From a virus, in the IMG/VR virus record IMGVR_UViG_3300007722_000005, positions 28,206 to 92,205 of that record: 64,000 bases of DNA; one strand, written 5' to 3'. Below, one piece after another: positions 42,325-53,103 of this stretch. Both the position numbers and the translations under genes were made by a program. Under the pieces are notes generated by a model, which made no database searches, had not been told where the DNA came from, and worked only from the letters and a program-made list of their open reading frames with translations. Each line of letters starts with the position of its first letter. The first letter of the stretch is position 1.

Positions 42325-43717
42325 ATTTATTCCTTAATGTGGGGTTTTGAAACCCCACGTGTGTTACTTTAAGGTAACCATCGTCTTGCCCTTGTTCGAG
42401 CTCAGTAGCAGATATCTTCTCGCCCTGTTTGAATCTTTTTGGGTCGGAAGATTTCACAACAACGTGGTGACCTTTTTCGGTGTGTGGCTTGACGTGCAAC
42501 GCAACTTTTAGAGCAACTTCCGCCAATTGTGTTTCCTCATCCCATGTTGCTGGGACGTTTGCGTGACGCCCCTGTACTTTGAGGTAAACATTTCCTAAAC
42601 CCTTGTTGCGGCGATCAATCAACCGCTTAGCAATACCTTTGTACTCACCCTTCTTTGCGTGGGGTGTAAGGTCCTTGATCTGCTTGGTTGCCTTTTGTGC
42701 ATAGTTTGTCAACATGTTGACGGAAACTTCATCAACCCGCTCCACTTCTTCTTTCTGCAGCTTGTTAACGTGGTGCATGATCTCGTCGTGGTCCAATGGC
42801 GCGCGCGAGTCTTGAGAACCGATTAGGTCATCCTCAAACTCACGGACATGCTTTTTTGTGACTTTTTCTCCTTTGTGGCGATCAACGAGAAACTTTGCAA
42901 TATCGCTGTGATTGTCAAAACCTTCCTTCACCGGTTCCGATGGGGAATGCTCACGCGTGGCATATTCACCCTGTTGGTGAATGTTGTCGTGAAGATCTTG
43001 AAGTTGATTAGCGAAATGATTCAAACTACCAACATGTCCAAAATGTGGCTTACCACCTAGTGCAGCTTTGTGGTTATCAATACCAGCTGATATTCCCTTG
43101 ATGAGGCCTTTAATCCGACCGTGATGTTGCTTGTACAAGTCCTGTGCCACAGAACTGCGTGCACCTTCATCGAGGTTATCATACTCGTCTTTTTGCTTGC
43201 TGCCACCATACGACTTGCCAGCAATTTTGCGAAGTGCAGACTTTTTCTTTTCTGGTTCGTTGAGGGTGCGCCCTTTTGCAGCCGCGCGCTGGCGAGCAGC
43301 TTCTATCCTGTCTTCGATTCCTTCCTTGACGCCGGCAGGCTCCTTGAGAGTTTCTCCGTGAAGCGAAACAGTCCCACTAGGCAGAGATTTTGCTTTGGCG
43401 AAAGCGTTCTTAACACTACCGGTCATGTGAACTAGCTTGTCGCCAGATTTAACTTGATAGACGCGTTGCTCGTACACTTTTTCGTCGTCGTCAATTCCAC
43501 GATCACTATAACCGTGGTGAGGAGGACGGGCAGCAGTCTTTATGTTCGCCGCTTGAAAGAGATCGTCGTCTTCTGAAGGACCTTTTCCTTTAACAGAAGG
43601 AGATTTATCTAATGTTTTGCTTTTGACGACAACGTGCTTGTTCTTAAACTTCTCTTCGTCGCCAGGCTTGGGGCCGTAAACCTCAAGCATCTGTTTCAGT
43701 GTCTTATTCATCGGCAT
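42314..43717 (-). CDS. putative prohead/internal protein (mosaic)
   Basis: Lys/His/Glu-rich; recurring VKEG/LDEG/VDEV sites resembling gp21 cleavage sites. Confidence 0.55.
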   Translation of the reverse strand: MPMNKTLKQMLEVYGPKPGDEEKFKNKHVVVKSKTLDKSPSVKGKGPSEDDDLFQAANIKTAARPPHHGYSDRGIDDDEKVYEQRVYQVKSGDKLVHMTGSVKNAFAKAKSLPSGTVSLHGETLKEPAGVKEGIEDRIEAARQRAAAKGRTLNEPEKKKSALRKIAGKSYGGSKQKDEYDNLDEGARSSVAQDLYKQHHGRIKGLIKGISAGIDNHKAALGGKPHFGHVGSLNHFANQLQDLHDNIHQQGEYATREHSPSEPVKEGFDNHSDIAKFLVDRHKGEKVTKKHVREFEDDLIGSQDSRAPLDHDEIMHHVNKLQKEEVERVDEVSVNMLTNYAQKATKQIKDLTPHAKKGEYKGIAKRLIDRRNKGLGNVYLKVQGRHANVPATWDEETQLAEVALKVALHVKPHTEKGHHVVVKSSDPKRFKQGEKISATELEQGQDDGYLKVTHVGFQNPTLRNKYGR

Positions 43718-43949
43718 CCTCTGTGTCTAGTTGGTCCATTTCTTCATCTGAAATATCGGCGTCAGACACTTCAAGCTCTTCTGTGTCGTCATCTACAGGA
43801 TCAGAAAACATACTTTGCTGCAACTCTTCTTTTCGTGCTGCAACAGCATCAACAATCTTTGACAACATAATATCGTTAACTAACCCACTCATTTGACTAG
43901 GGTTATCGTCAACAGCTGCGGTCACAATATCATTCACGGTTGGTTCCAT
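43704..43949 (-). CDS. prohead core protein (gp67-like)
   Basis: Small and acidic; downstream of the portal region with a late promoter. Confidence 0.65.
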   Translation of the reverse strand: MEPTVNDIVTAAVDDNPSQMSGLVNDIMLSKIVDAVAARKEELQQSMFSDPVDDDTEELEVSDADISDEEMDQLDTEDADE

Positions 43950-44069
43950 TTAGATCTCCTTTATAATCACAAGTATTTATAAACAATTAACATTACACTC
44001 AATCCTTTAATGCGATAAACTGATTTTTCGTCAATAGCTGTTGGCAACGTGGTCGCCATTTATTAATTA

Positions 44070-44279
44070 TCAATCTTTCAGACTGAGGAACTTACCAACA
44101 GTTAGTAGACCGGCAGGATCGGCTATTTCCTCTAGTTGCGCTGCAAGCGCAGCTGTATAGCCCTGTGACGTCATTCCTGTTTGCACTTGTGCTGGCACAT
44201 CAGCTAGTTGCGCTGCGAGCGCGGCTGTATAGCCCTGTGACGTCATTCCTGTCTGCACTTGCGACGGCACATCAGCAAT
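44070..44279 (-). pseudogene. gene fragment with two 24-aa repeats
   Basis: ADVPxQVQTGMTSQGYTAALAAQL twice; frame starts inside the end of the collagen gene without a clear SD. Confidence 0.45.
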
Positions 44280-44715
44280 GTCTCCCGTCCTTACCGTTCT
44301 TGCCGTCTTTGCCGATCAGCCCATCTTTACCGTGTTTACCAGCAAGGCCATCCTTACCATCGAGTCCGTTCTTTCCATCCTTACCGTCTTTCCCGTTCTT
44401 TCCATCGGTACCATTCCTACCATCCAATCCATCCTTACCGTCGACACCATCTCTTCCGTGCTCCCCGTTATCGCCGGCAACACCACTATCCCCCTTATCC
44501 CCTTTTAACCCACGAGGTCCAATATCACCAACAATACTAAACCCCGAAACACCTTGGTCACCTTTAGGACCTTGTGCTCCTCTTTCGCCTTTATCTCCTT
44601 TGTCCCCCTTCTCCCCGGGGCGGATTACTACTTTCTGTGCAAGCTGCTCTTGAATTTTAAAATCAGTTATTTTCGCCGCGGCTTGAAGAATTTCAACCTT
44701 CTCGAGTTCTTTCAT
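44272..44715 (-). CDS. collagen-like protein, probably truncated
   Basis: G-X-Y repeats (GKD/GEK) that end abruptly. Confidence 0.75.
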   Translation of the reverse strand: MKELEKVEILQAAAKITDFKIQEQLAQKVVIRPGEKGDKGDKGERGAQGPKGDQGVSGFSIVGDIGPRGLKGDKGDSGVAGDNGEHGRDGVDGKDGLDGRNGTDGKNGKDGKDGKNGLDGKDGLAGKHGKDGLIGKDGKNGKDGRHC

Positions 44716-44815
44716 GTTTGGCGACCTGTTCTAATAATGAGTTAAAATTTGTCAGCATTGAACGATCTTGATCGGATACTTGATCTTGTGGTTCAGGTTC
44801 AGGCTCAACTTCAAT

Positions 44816-46363
44816 CTACTCAAGCTGCTCAGCAACAGGAGGAGCCGCCCCTTGCGCTCCTTGGAACGCCGTGAGCTCCGAACCCTCTTCCAACATCTCG
44901 TCACTCATCTCCTGAATTTCTTCGTCGGTCTGCATCAACACAGAGCGTTTGATATATGATTTCGAGTAGTACGTTCCAACATAATTATTCATTATCTCGA
45001 GAACAGCTAGCCGCTCTTTTTCCACCTCGAGATCTTTAAGTTCAGAGAAAAAGTTGTCGCGGGCGTAGTTGTACTTCAATCTGTTTTGGATTCGGGTCCA
45101 ATCGTCCGCGGTGATAATCGATTTAAGAATTAGCTGCTTCTCTAATGCTTTTGTAAACAATTGGCTAAAACGAACACGGAGACGATCGATGAATTTTGCG
45201 AACTTGATTTCATCACGAGAAATCTCTGATGATCTGCCGAGATTGAACGCTTGGTCAGGTTGCAACCTCGAAATAGGAACACTCAAAGCACGGAACAATT
45301 TATTTTGGAAATATTTGATATCTTCAATTTCGCCGAGGTTTTGGCCACCTGGTAGTGTTTGAATTTCCGTTGCTTTCCCATCTCCACGACGAGGTAACCA
45401 GAAGTCTTCAAGCATCGTCATAAACTTACGATCGTCGCGGACTTCACCGGTGCCGACATCATATTGTAACTTATTCTTGTGACGCGTCATCATATCACGA
45501 AGATATTGCTCTGCCTTCATCTTCGGTAAATTACCAACGTCGATGTAAAATATACGACGTTCTGGCGCGCGCGAAATACGATATATTACTGATGCGTCTT
45601 CAATTGTTTTTAATTGATTAAGCGGCTTAATTGCTTTGTGGAGGTAAGACAACACCAACGACGACTTGCTATCAAGAAGTCCGGATGTAACGTGTATAAT
45701 GCTGTCCTTTGCAATCCTGATCCCTTGCGTCGATGTGCTTGACGCAGGCGAAGGACCGGCTGTTGAGAATCCACGTTCTGTGTAAATGAAGTATTCGTTG
45801 ACTACTTCTTGCGTTGATGCTGTTGGATTGTCTTTTGAAGAAAGGCCCTTATTTCGAACTTCTTTGACCTTGCGTATTTTGCGTGGATCAATATAACGGA
45901 GCTCTTGAATACCGTCGGCAGGTTTTGTCTTATCAATTACTGCCTGATAGTACATCCTTCCGTCGATATACCAACGACGGAATATGTCATATCCTTTTTG
46001 ATTGAATCCAAGAAGATCGAAAATATATTCGAACTCTCCTTCGATTTTCTTTTTGATGTTTGGCGAAAGGTCGGTGTTATCGAGGACGAGCTCAACGATA
46101 CGGTCGATCTCTGAATTGATAGATTCGTTGACAATATCGTCGATAGCCGCTTCAACTTCAGGGTGGAGAGACATTTCACGATATCTTGTGACAAGCTCAG
46201 ACTCTGTTTTTGCTGCACCCTCAAGGTCAACATACAACCCATACGAACCGCCAGACGCAACTGTAAGAGCGCCATCGTCCTGAGATTCAGGACCAATAGC
46301 GTCTAAGTTTTTTTTGTTTTCGTCTTCATTCTTGCGGCGGATCTCAAATCCGAAAAAATCCAT
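44816..46363 (-). CDS. 20: portal protein (gp20)
   Basis: RRWYIDGR, YRISRAPERR, EDFWLPRR; ends in TAG. Confidence 0.98.
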   Translation of the reverse strand: MDFFGFEIRRKNEDENKKNLDAIGPESQDDGALTVASGGSYGLYVDLEGAAKTESELVTRYREMSLHPEVEAAIDDIVNESINSEIDRIVELVLDNTDLSPNIKKKIEGEFEYIFDLLGFNQKGYDIFRRWYIDGRMYYQAVIDKTKPADGIQELRYIDPRKIRKVKEVRNKGLSSKDNPTASTQEVVNEYFIYTERGFSTAGPSPASSTSTQGIRIAKDSIIHVTSGLLDSKSSLVLSYLHKAIKPLNQLKTIEDASVIYRISRAPERRIFYIDVGNLPKMKAEQYLRDMMTRHKNKLQYDVGTGEVRDDRKFMTMLEDFWLPRRGDGKATEIQTLPGGQNLGEIEDIKYFQNKLFRALSVPISRLQPDQAFNLGRSSEISRDEIKFAKFIDRLRVRFSQLFTKALEKQLILKSIITADDWTRIQNRLKYNYARDNFFSELKDLEVEKERLAVLEIMNNYVGTYYSKSYIKRSVLMQTDEEIQEMSDEMLEEGSELTAFQGAQGAAPPVAEQLE

Positions 46364-46403
46364 AATATCTCCTAAAGTGTTTCTTCACGTGTATTTATAG
46401 AGT

Positions 46404-46955
46404 TTAAACCCCGCCGGCTTGACCTGTCACTCCACCTGAAATGTTCCACCAGTCGTATTGGAATGTGACTGTGAATTCTTCGATCTGATCTGTCGCGTTC
46501 CAATCAAGTTCGATTGGTGATACTGAAGAAGGGAAAATTCCATTGAACTGGTAAGTGCGAATTGGAACACCAGTTTTTGAAAACTGTGTAACCTGGGCGT
46601 TAGCTTTATAAAGCAAAGGACTTGCAGCACCAAAGTTACGAAGGTTTCCCTGGAGAGAATTGATCTTGTTTGACCACTCTTCCATTGCGTTTCGAATTAG
46701 AAAGTCTTCATCGTTGATTATTGTTACTGTCCAATCACCAAACACACGATCGCCGGCCAGCTTGATACGACGACCGAAGTATGGTACTTCGATGATTCCA
46801 AGATCCGATGAAGGGATTTGTGCAGTTCGCACCATAAAAGGTACTTTAATGTCAGCAATTGAGTTACCTGGATTCTGAATGGTAACTTGAAAGAGCGACT
46901 GGCGCGCTCCTCCAAATGTTAGCTGACTTCTGATCTCATTAATATTAAATGCCAT
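46404..46955 (-). CDS. 19: tail tube protein (gp19)
   Basis: AGDRVFGDWTVT..NDEDF..R, IEEFTVTF. Confidence 0.96.
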   Translation of the reverse strand: MAFNINEIRSQLTFGGARQSLFQVTIQNPGNSIADIKVPFMVRTAQIPSSDLGIIEVPYFGRRIKLAGDRVFGDWTVTIINDEDFLIRNAMEEWSNKINSLQGNLRNFGAASPLLYKANAQVTQFSKTGVPIRTYQFNGIFPSSVSPIELDWNATDQIEEFTVTFQYDWWNISGGVTGQAGGV

Positions 46956-47049
46956 TTTGTTTCTCCTGAGGAAAAATTAAAACCTTTAGTAATATTATTT
47001 ATATATAAAATGGTTATAAATACCCCACAACCTCACGCAAGGATCAACA

Positions 47050-47835
47050 ATGTCAACACCTTACACCTATTTAATTGGATGGCCACAACATGATGTGTTC
47101 TATTACGGAGTTAGATACAAAGCTGGGTGCGACCCAAACGATCTGTTTGTAACTTACTTCACATCATCAAAACTTGTTCATGCTTGTATAATGAAATTTG
47201 GGATGCCATCTATTAAATCGATTCGTCGAACCTTTAAGACACCGAAACAAGCTATGATTTGGGAACAGAAAGTCCTTCGTCGTGTTAAAGTTTTATACAG
47301 CAAAAGATGGTTGAATCAGAATATATCAGGAGCTATCGAATTTAACATCGATGTTCGGCGCGCCATGAGTGATGCTAAGAAAAATAAAATCTGGGTTAAT
47401 AAACACGGGAAAAAGACTTTGATTAGGCGGGAATTACTCAATACTTTTATAGAAAATGGCTACGCCAAAGGTCACGGCCAATTAAATTTAGGTGACCGCA
47501 ACGGCATGTGGGGTAAAAAGCATTCGAAGGAAACGCGACAAAAAATATCTAATGTTAGATCCAAACAAGGATGTATTCTAACTGAACAAGGCCGCGCAAC
47601 AAAATCCATCTATATGCAAAAAAACAATCCGATGCATAATCCTGAACACAAAAAACAATACGACAATATTATGTCAACTATTAAACGGGGTAAAGGTGTT
47701 ACAGGGCCAGGCAATCAAGTTTTCAGCTCTGTTCGCGAAGCACAAAAAAACCACCCAGAAATAAAATACACAACACTTGCTTATTATTGCGCAAAAAAGA
47801 AAAACGGCTGGAGCTACACCGTTTTTCCTTTATAA
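47050..47835 (+). mobile_element. free-standing GIY-YIG (Seg-like) homing endonuclease with NUMOD3 motif
   Basis: YTYLIGW..YYGVR..YFTSS; NGMWGKKHSKETRQKIS; own TATAAATA at 47015. Confidence 0.85.
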
Positions 47836-47847
47836 TCAACCTGTTAA

Positions 47848-50163
47848 CTAAAAGGACCCGACGACCTCACTAAACTCAACACCAGTGCGAACCGCTACAA
47901 AGTTCAACTGAATAAAGTTAATCGATTTAGCTGGTTTGATATAAATGTCACCAATGAATTCGTTACGATCAATTACTTCGCCAGTGTTGTTTGTTGAATC
48001 GCAAACAACCTTAAAGTCGTAAACGCCGCGACGACCTTGCACATCACGTAGGAAAGGCTCAACAAGGTTTTTGAACTGTGCCCGTGTGAAATCGTCGTTG
48101 AATTCAAACAATGTAAACTTGGCTGCTGTGGCAATTGCTTTTTCAAGAACGATAAACAGACGGCGGACGTTGATACGATCAAATGCGCTTGGTTTTGCAA
48201 GAAGCGTTTTGTCACCGTAAAGGATTGTTCCTTGTCCAGGGAAGGTAACCACAGGGTTGACTCCCGCCTTATAAAGAATATCGCGTTGTGCTTTGTTTGG
48301 ATTGAAAGCAAGCTTAACGATGTTCTTGATCTGACCGCGGTTGAAACCAGCAATCGAGAACCAAGGATCACGCTGCTCGTCTGTGCGAACTGCAAGACCT
48401 GCCATGTCACCATTCAAAGGAATGTAACGGTAGACGTCGTTGTATTTGTCGTATTGGTATTTGTAACCACAATCCAAGAAACCATATGACGTCGAGCGAA
48501 CAGAGTTACGGAAAGTTACAACGTGATCTGCTTCCTGGCCAAGGTTCGAAACAACATCAGCGCGATCAGGCGAGATGAACGCTACACAATCTTTACGTGA
48601 TTCACAGATATTGTCGATAATGTAATTACCGAGCTGTTCTCCGTTTGTTCCTCCGCGTGCTTTGCCTTGTAGAACAAGCGAAACATCAACGTTTTCTGCA
48701 GAAGCAAACAGATCGTAGGCCTCTGTTAGAATGTTAATTGCGCATGTGACTTCGTTAGCACCATCTGTACCACCAACAAACGAACCAGTGAAAGGCTTCG
48801 TGTTAGTTGAGTTGATAACAAGCAGCGCTGTATTTGAAGCAGCACCACTACGAGGATTTACAGACCAAACATATGCTGAGTTCTGGTTAATAACGTCTTT
48901 GAAGTATACCGTTGCACCGTCAGCTGACTTCGCATTAGTAGCGCGCGATAGACCTTCGTACACTTCAAGAATAGTTCCTGGAACACCAGTGAATGCACCA
49001 TCCTGATCAGAAACAACAACGTGAACTTCGTCTTTTGCGCTCGTGTTACCTTGTCCAGAAACGAAATCTGATGTCCCGATCGTCTTATCAACGGTATTGA
49101 AGAACTCCCAGTTGCGAGTAAACGTGTTAGCGACAAACGTTGTTGAAAGAATGTATACATCTTCAAAACCAACGGTTGTGTAGCTGTGCGTTGTGTTAAC
49201 AGCAAGGGTACCAATGGATGAAACTTGGTTGTATTGCTTCCCAATTGATGTGTTTCCGAGGACAACAACGTCTCCAACAGTCAATTTGCTGATGATCGCT
49301 GTGATCTGTGTGTTTGTTGTCGTGAGATCTACACCTGTGTTTGATCCAACACGAATCAAAGCTGTATTGGATCCAACAGCAATTGTCAAGTCTGAAATTG
49401 ATGTGTTAACGTCGCCTGATCCAACAGTAACTGTTGATTCAAAAGCGTTCGACGAATCGCACACCGAAACCTTCAATGAATTGCCGAGCAACCCAGGGTA
49501 CTTTGCAACAAAGACTGTGTCAGAATCTGCGGCAAAATATTCACCGTTTGAATCTTTTGAAGTGAAATCGTCTTCGTTCTTTGTGATCATGTTGTTAATG
49601 TCAGCAACAAGACCTGTAGAAACAGCAGCGTTGCGTGTTACTGTTGGGTCTTCAGTTACGGCTGTAACTGCGGAAGTGTTCGCTCCGTTAGTTATTTGTA
49701 GGGCAGTGTTAGATCCTGTGTAGACGCTAAAAAAACCTTCCATTGTCGCCACGTTAACTGTTAGAGTTGATGTGTTTGCAAGAACAATTGTTCCAATAGC
49801 AGTGTTGTTTACACCATCGATACCGCGCTGGTAAACTGTTGATCCATTAGCAAATTTCGTGTCAGCGTTTTCAACCGTAAGAACTGTGTTAACGCCACTG
49901 ATTGTATTAGCGGCACGGGAAACAATCAACTTGTTACCGTATGAAAGGAAGTTTGCACCAGTGAAGAACGTTTCTGCATTGAATGATGTTGGTTTTCCGA
50001 ACCGTGCGGCCAACTCTGCTTCAGAGCTGATCAAAACTCTTTCGCCGACAGGACCCCATCTGAACACACCACCAAGCGCGCCTTCTGTTGTCGAAACGGC
50101 AGGCACGACCGTTGTAAGGTCGATCTCGGTTACATTTACGCCTGCGCTTACTTGAAATGGCAT
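47848..50163 (-). CDS. 18: tail sheath protein (gp18)
   Basis: GVNVTEIDLT, WGP, PWFSIAG, RINVRRLF, SINFIQLNF. Confidence 0.98.
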   Translation of the reverse strand: MPFQVSAGVNVTEIDLTTVVPAVSTTEGALGGVFRWGPVGERVLISSEAELAARFGKPTSFNAETFFTGANFLSYGNKLIVSRAANTISGVNTVLTVENADTKFANGSTVYQRGIDGVNNTAIGTIVLANTSTLTVNVATMEGFFSVYTGSNTALQITNGANTSAVTAVTEDPTVTRNAAVSTGLVADINNMITKNEDDFTSKDSNGEYFAADSDTVFVAKYPGLLGNSLKVSVCDSSNAFESTVTVGSGDVNTSISDLTIAVGSNTALIRVGSNTGVDLTTTNTQITAIISKLTVGDVVVLGNTSIGKQYNQVSSIGTLAVNTTHSYTTVGFEDVYILSTTFVANTFTRNWEFFNTVDKTIGTSDFVSGQGNTSAKDEVHVVVSDQDGAFTGVPGTILEVYEGLSRATNAKSADGATVYFKDVINQNSAYVWSVNPRSGAASNTALLVINSTNTKPFTGSFVGGTDGANEVTCAINILTEAYDLFASAENVDVSLVLQGKARGGTNGEQLGNYIIDNICESRKDCVAFISPDRADVVSNLGQEADHVVTFRNSVRSTSYGFLDCGYKYQYDKYNDVYRYIPLNGDMAGLAVRTDEQRDPWFSIAGFNRGQIKNIVKLAFNPNKAQRDILYKAGVNPVVTFPGQGTILYGDKTLLAKPSAFDRINVRRLFIVLEKAIATAAKFTLFEFNDDFTRAQFKNLVEPFLRDVQGRRGVYDFKVVCDSTNNTGEVIDRNEFIGDIYIKPAKSINFIQLNFVAVRTGVEFSEVVGSF

Positions 50164-50230
50164 ATCATTTCTCCTCAAAAATTGTTATTTTGTTAATGTT
50201 TACTCAGATGTAGGTATTTATAAATTCACA

Positions 50231-51853
50231 TTATTCTGTAAACATCAACCATTTATCGTTGTTTACTGCTAAAACCACATCCTTTTCAATTAGATCAAAA
50301 TCGTTTGAGCTAAGGAAAGGAACGACCTCCTCATCAATTGCTGGTTGTTTTTCAGCAAGCAGAGCTTTTCGTGCATCTGTGTCGGTAAGGTCTTTGAAAT
50401 ATGTTTGTGATGTGGCCCACGCAAAAATTACGCAACACATCACCATGTCGTCGTTCCCGTCTTCAGCTTCATAAGAATTTTTGACAGATACGAATCGCAT
50501 CAATTCAAACATGATAGTCTCATCACGCAAAAGCATTTTTTGGTTTTCGACCAGCGACTTCAGATTTGAACATCCAAACTTCTTTGATTGCTTTGTTGTT
50601 CTCATACCTAATTTTGTCGCTCCACCAAAACCACCAGAAAGAACCTGAATACCTGATTTCTGGTCGCTCGATGTTGTAAGCACGTTCTCATACTCCAGAT
50701 CATAATGGAGGATGTCACATACCTGTTGCCCAATATCATTCGTTTCAACAAGCACGGCACAATCCCGGTACTTTTCTGCTGCCGATTTAATTACAGTTGG
50801 GAAAAGTAAAGGTGACAGCAAATTGTTGCGGTATGTCGCAACAACTCTATAGGGCACCTCTGTGATATCAAAAATAACAAATGCAGAATAATCAGCTCCC
50901 TGACCTCTTGCAGTATCAACTGTCATCAGATAACTTCGATCTTTCTTCGGTTCCTCATAAATCGAAACCTCTGCGTGTTTGATTATAGGAACGTCGGCAA
51001 CGAGATGTCTAAGAATATCAGGATGAATAAGGGTGTTTGATGACCCGACAAATTCTGTCTCAAATTCGACGCGGAACTGGTCAGCGCTTGTGTTACGGAT
51101 TGTTTCCTTCTTCCACTTCTCGTCGCGACCTGGTGTTTCCGACCAGTGGATACTGACGCGGTTATAATCGTTACGCCCGAGCTCGCTATCTCTCCACATT
51201 TTGTAGAAGAGGTTAAGACCATTCGGTGTTGATGTAATTAATACCTTTGTTGTCTTACCCGACGAAATAACGGGGTACGTTGAAGCAAAAAATCTTTCTT
51301 GGAGGTTGTTCGGGACGAAAGCGAACTCGTCGAGATATACAAGGTTATATGAACCGCCTCGACCACCAGCTGAGGTTGTTGAAGATGCAATTATCTTCGA
51401 GTGATTCTCGAGCTCAATTGTTCCTTTGTTCCACTCAACGACACCTTGCTGCATCCACGACGGAAGGTTTTCATAAGCAAGTTGAATCCTCGAAAGAATT
51501 TCTCGAGCTTGTGCTAACTTGTGAGCAAAAATAGCAATTGAATACTCTTCGTTGAACAACATATACCAAATCATCAACCCGACAATTGCAGTTGTCTTAC
51601 CACACTGGCGTGGCATCTTGCAGATAACAAAACGCTCTGCCACCGACGTTGTGATAATATTTGTTTGGTATTGATATGGAACAAAATTAACGAGACCCTC
51701 GTCAACGTTAATAATCTTTACATAATTTGAAATAAAGTAGATAGGATCACGAGAGCACTTGACGAATTCTTTGACCTGGTCTGCTGTAAAATTATGTGGT
51801 ACATCACTCTTTTTTAGGTGACGGTTTCCTTGGTAGATTTCACTTCTTGCCAT
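50231..51853 (-). CDS. 17: terminase large subunit (gp17)
   Basis: PRQCGKTT, YLDEFAFV, STPNG, DDMVM. Confidence 0.97.
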   Translation of the reverse strand: MARSEIYQGNRHLKKSDVPHNFTADQVKEFVKCSRDPIYFISNYVKIINVDEGLVNFVPYQYQTNIITTSVAERFVICKMPRQCGKTTAIVGLMIWYMLFNEEYSIAIFAHKLAQAREILSRIQLAYENLPSWMQQGVVEWNKGTIELENHSKIIASSTTSAGGRGGSYNLVYLDEFAFVPNNLQERFFASTYPVISSGKTTKVLITSTPNGLNLFYKMWRDSELGRNDYNRVSIHWSETPGRDEKWKKETIRNTSADQFRVEFETEFVGSSNTLIHPDILRHLVADVPIIKHAEVSIYEEPKKDRSYLMTVDTARGQGADYSAFVIFDITEVPYRVVATYRNNLLSPLLFPTVIKSAAEKYRDCAVLVETNDIGQQVCDILHYDLEYENVLTTSSDQKSGIQVLSGGFGGATKLGMRTTKQSKKFGCSNLKSLVENQKMLLRDETIMFELMRFVSVKNSYEAEDGNDDMVMCCVIFAWATSQTYFKDLTDTDARKALLAEKQPAIDEEVVPFLSSNDFDLIEKDVVLAVNNDKWLMFTE

Positions 51854-52274
51854 CTTTACTCTTTATAAGAGCAAGCAACTCAGCTGAACTTCCCACAAAC
51901 AAGTTATTGTGGTTTGTAACCGTCTTGCCTACTTCACCTTTAAGTTCGGCGGCCTGTCTCGATAGATCGATTAGGTCTTTGTTGGTTTGTGTAAGTGTTT
52001 TGATTAAGTCAGCCACGACTTCATATTGCCGTGACTCTTGCCCTCGTTTTGCTATCTCAAGCATACTATCGAGCGCAGTACTGCCTTTTTTAAGAACGTC
52101 TTTAATGTTTGTTCGGGCGAGATTAAAATCTTCGTCGACAACTCCTTTGTCTTCAGGTTCGAGTATTGGAAGCAACTCCCCCTGCTCAACAACTACAACT
52201 TCCTCTCCTTTAGAAATTGAAAACCGCTCAACAACGTTCTCGTCAATCCCAAGCGACTTATCTATTTCACTCAT
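51840..52274 (-). CDS. 16: terminase small subunit (gp16)
   Basis: RQYEV, NNLFVGSSAEL. Confidence 0.92.
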   Translation of the reverse strand: MSEIDKSLGIDENVVERFSISKGEEVVVVEQGELLPILEPEDKGVVDEDFNLARTNIKDVLKKGSTALDSMLEIAKRGQESRQYEVVADLIKTLTQTNKDLIDLSRQAAELKGEVGKTVTNHNNLFVGSSAELLALIKSKDGKK

Positions 52275-52275
52275 A

Positions 52276-53103
52276 TTAATAATCAACCTTCGTAGTTATA
52301 TACTTGTAATCACTATTCGCAGCAATTGAATTTCTACCCACAGTCAACAAACTATTAGTTGTCCCAACACCGTTTGCGTCTAGTCCGGGAGTAATGTTTA
52401 TATCAGCAATAACTGGGGCAACGCCGACAGCATTGTCTATATCATCATACGGCGAAGCGTCGAAAAAGTTCACGTCAGTCAATGTTATGACACCTGTCTT
52501 AGAAACGGGGCCAAACAAGTACCCCTTAACAATCATATTCATAGTCCAAACCAGGGCGCGCCGCTCTTCAAAATTCCCTTCATAGATATCTTGGGCAACG
52601 ACATCCAACATTACCACAGGAATGTCACGGATTATATTCATCTCGGGGACTAAATTTACAGTCGGCGTCCATTCGGGTGTGAAGAAAGGAAGTACCTGTT
52701 CAATAATCTGTGTAGCATCTTCGGTATTTTTGCACATGACACTCACCGTAAACATGAAGTCGTATGGCACCGGATTATACTGCGATACCACGCTTCGTGA
52801 TGTTGTGTTTGAGACATTCACGTTTCTATTGATTGTGAGTAGCTTTCGCTCTGGTGCGTAGTTAATATTAACAAGCTCAAACGATATCCGCGGGAGACTA
52901 ATTGCAAACTTGCGGTCAAGGTTCGGATCTTGTGTCAATCGCGCAAGCGTTTTTTCTTTCGGCCCAAACGAGATAGGAACCTTAATAGATTGTGTGACGT
53001 TGTTCGACGAATCGCGTCTATCGATTTCAATATCATTAAACAATGTTCCCACAAGGGTAACATATTTTCTAATTGAACCGTGGTAGAATTTTTTACCAAA
53101 CAT
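52276..53103 (-). CDS. 15: tail sheath stabilizer (gp15)
   Basis: GTLFNDI, LPRISFE, EQVLPFFTP. Confidence 0.94.
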   Translation of the reverse strand: MFGKKFYHGSIRKYVTLVGTLFNDIEIDRRDSSNNVTQSIKVPISFGPKEKTLARLTQDPNLDRKFAISLPRISFELVNINYAPERKLLTINRNVNVSNTTSRSVVSQYNPVPYDFMFTVSVMCKNTEDATQIIEQVLPFFTPEWTPTVNLVPEMNIIRDIPVVMLDVVAQDIYEGNFEERRALVWTMNMIVKGYLFGPVSKTGVITLTDVNFFDASPYDDIDNAVGVAPVIADINITPGLDANGVGTTNSLLTVGRNSIAANSDYKYITTKVDY

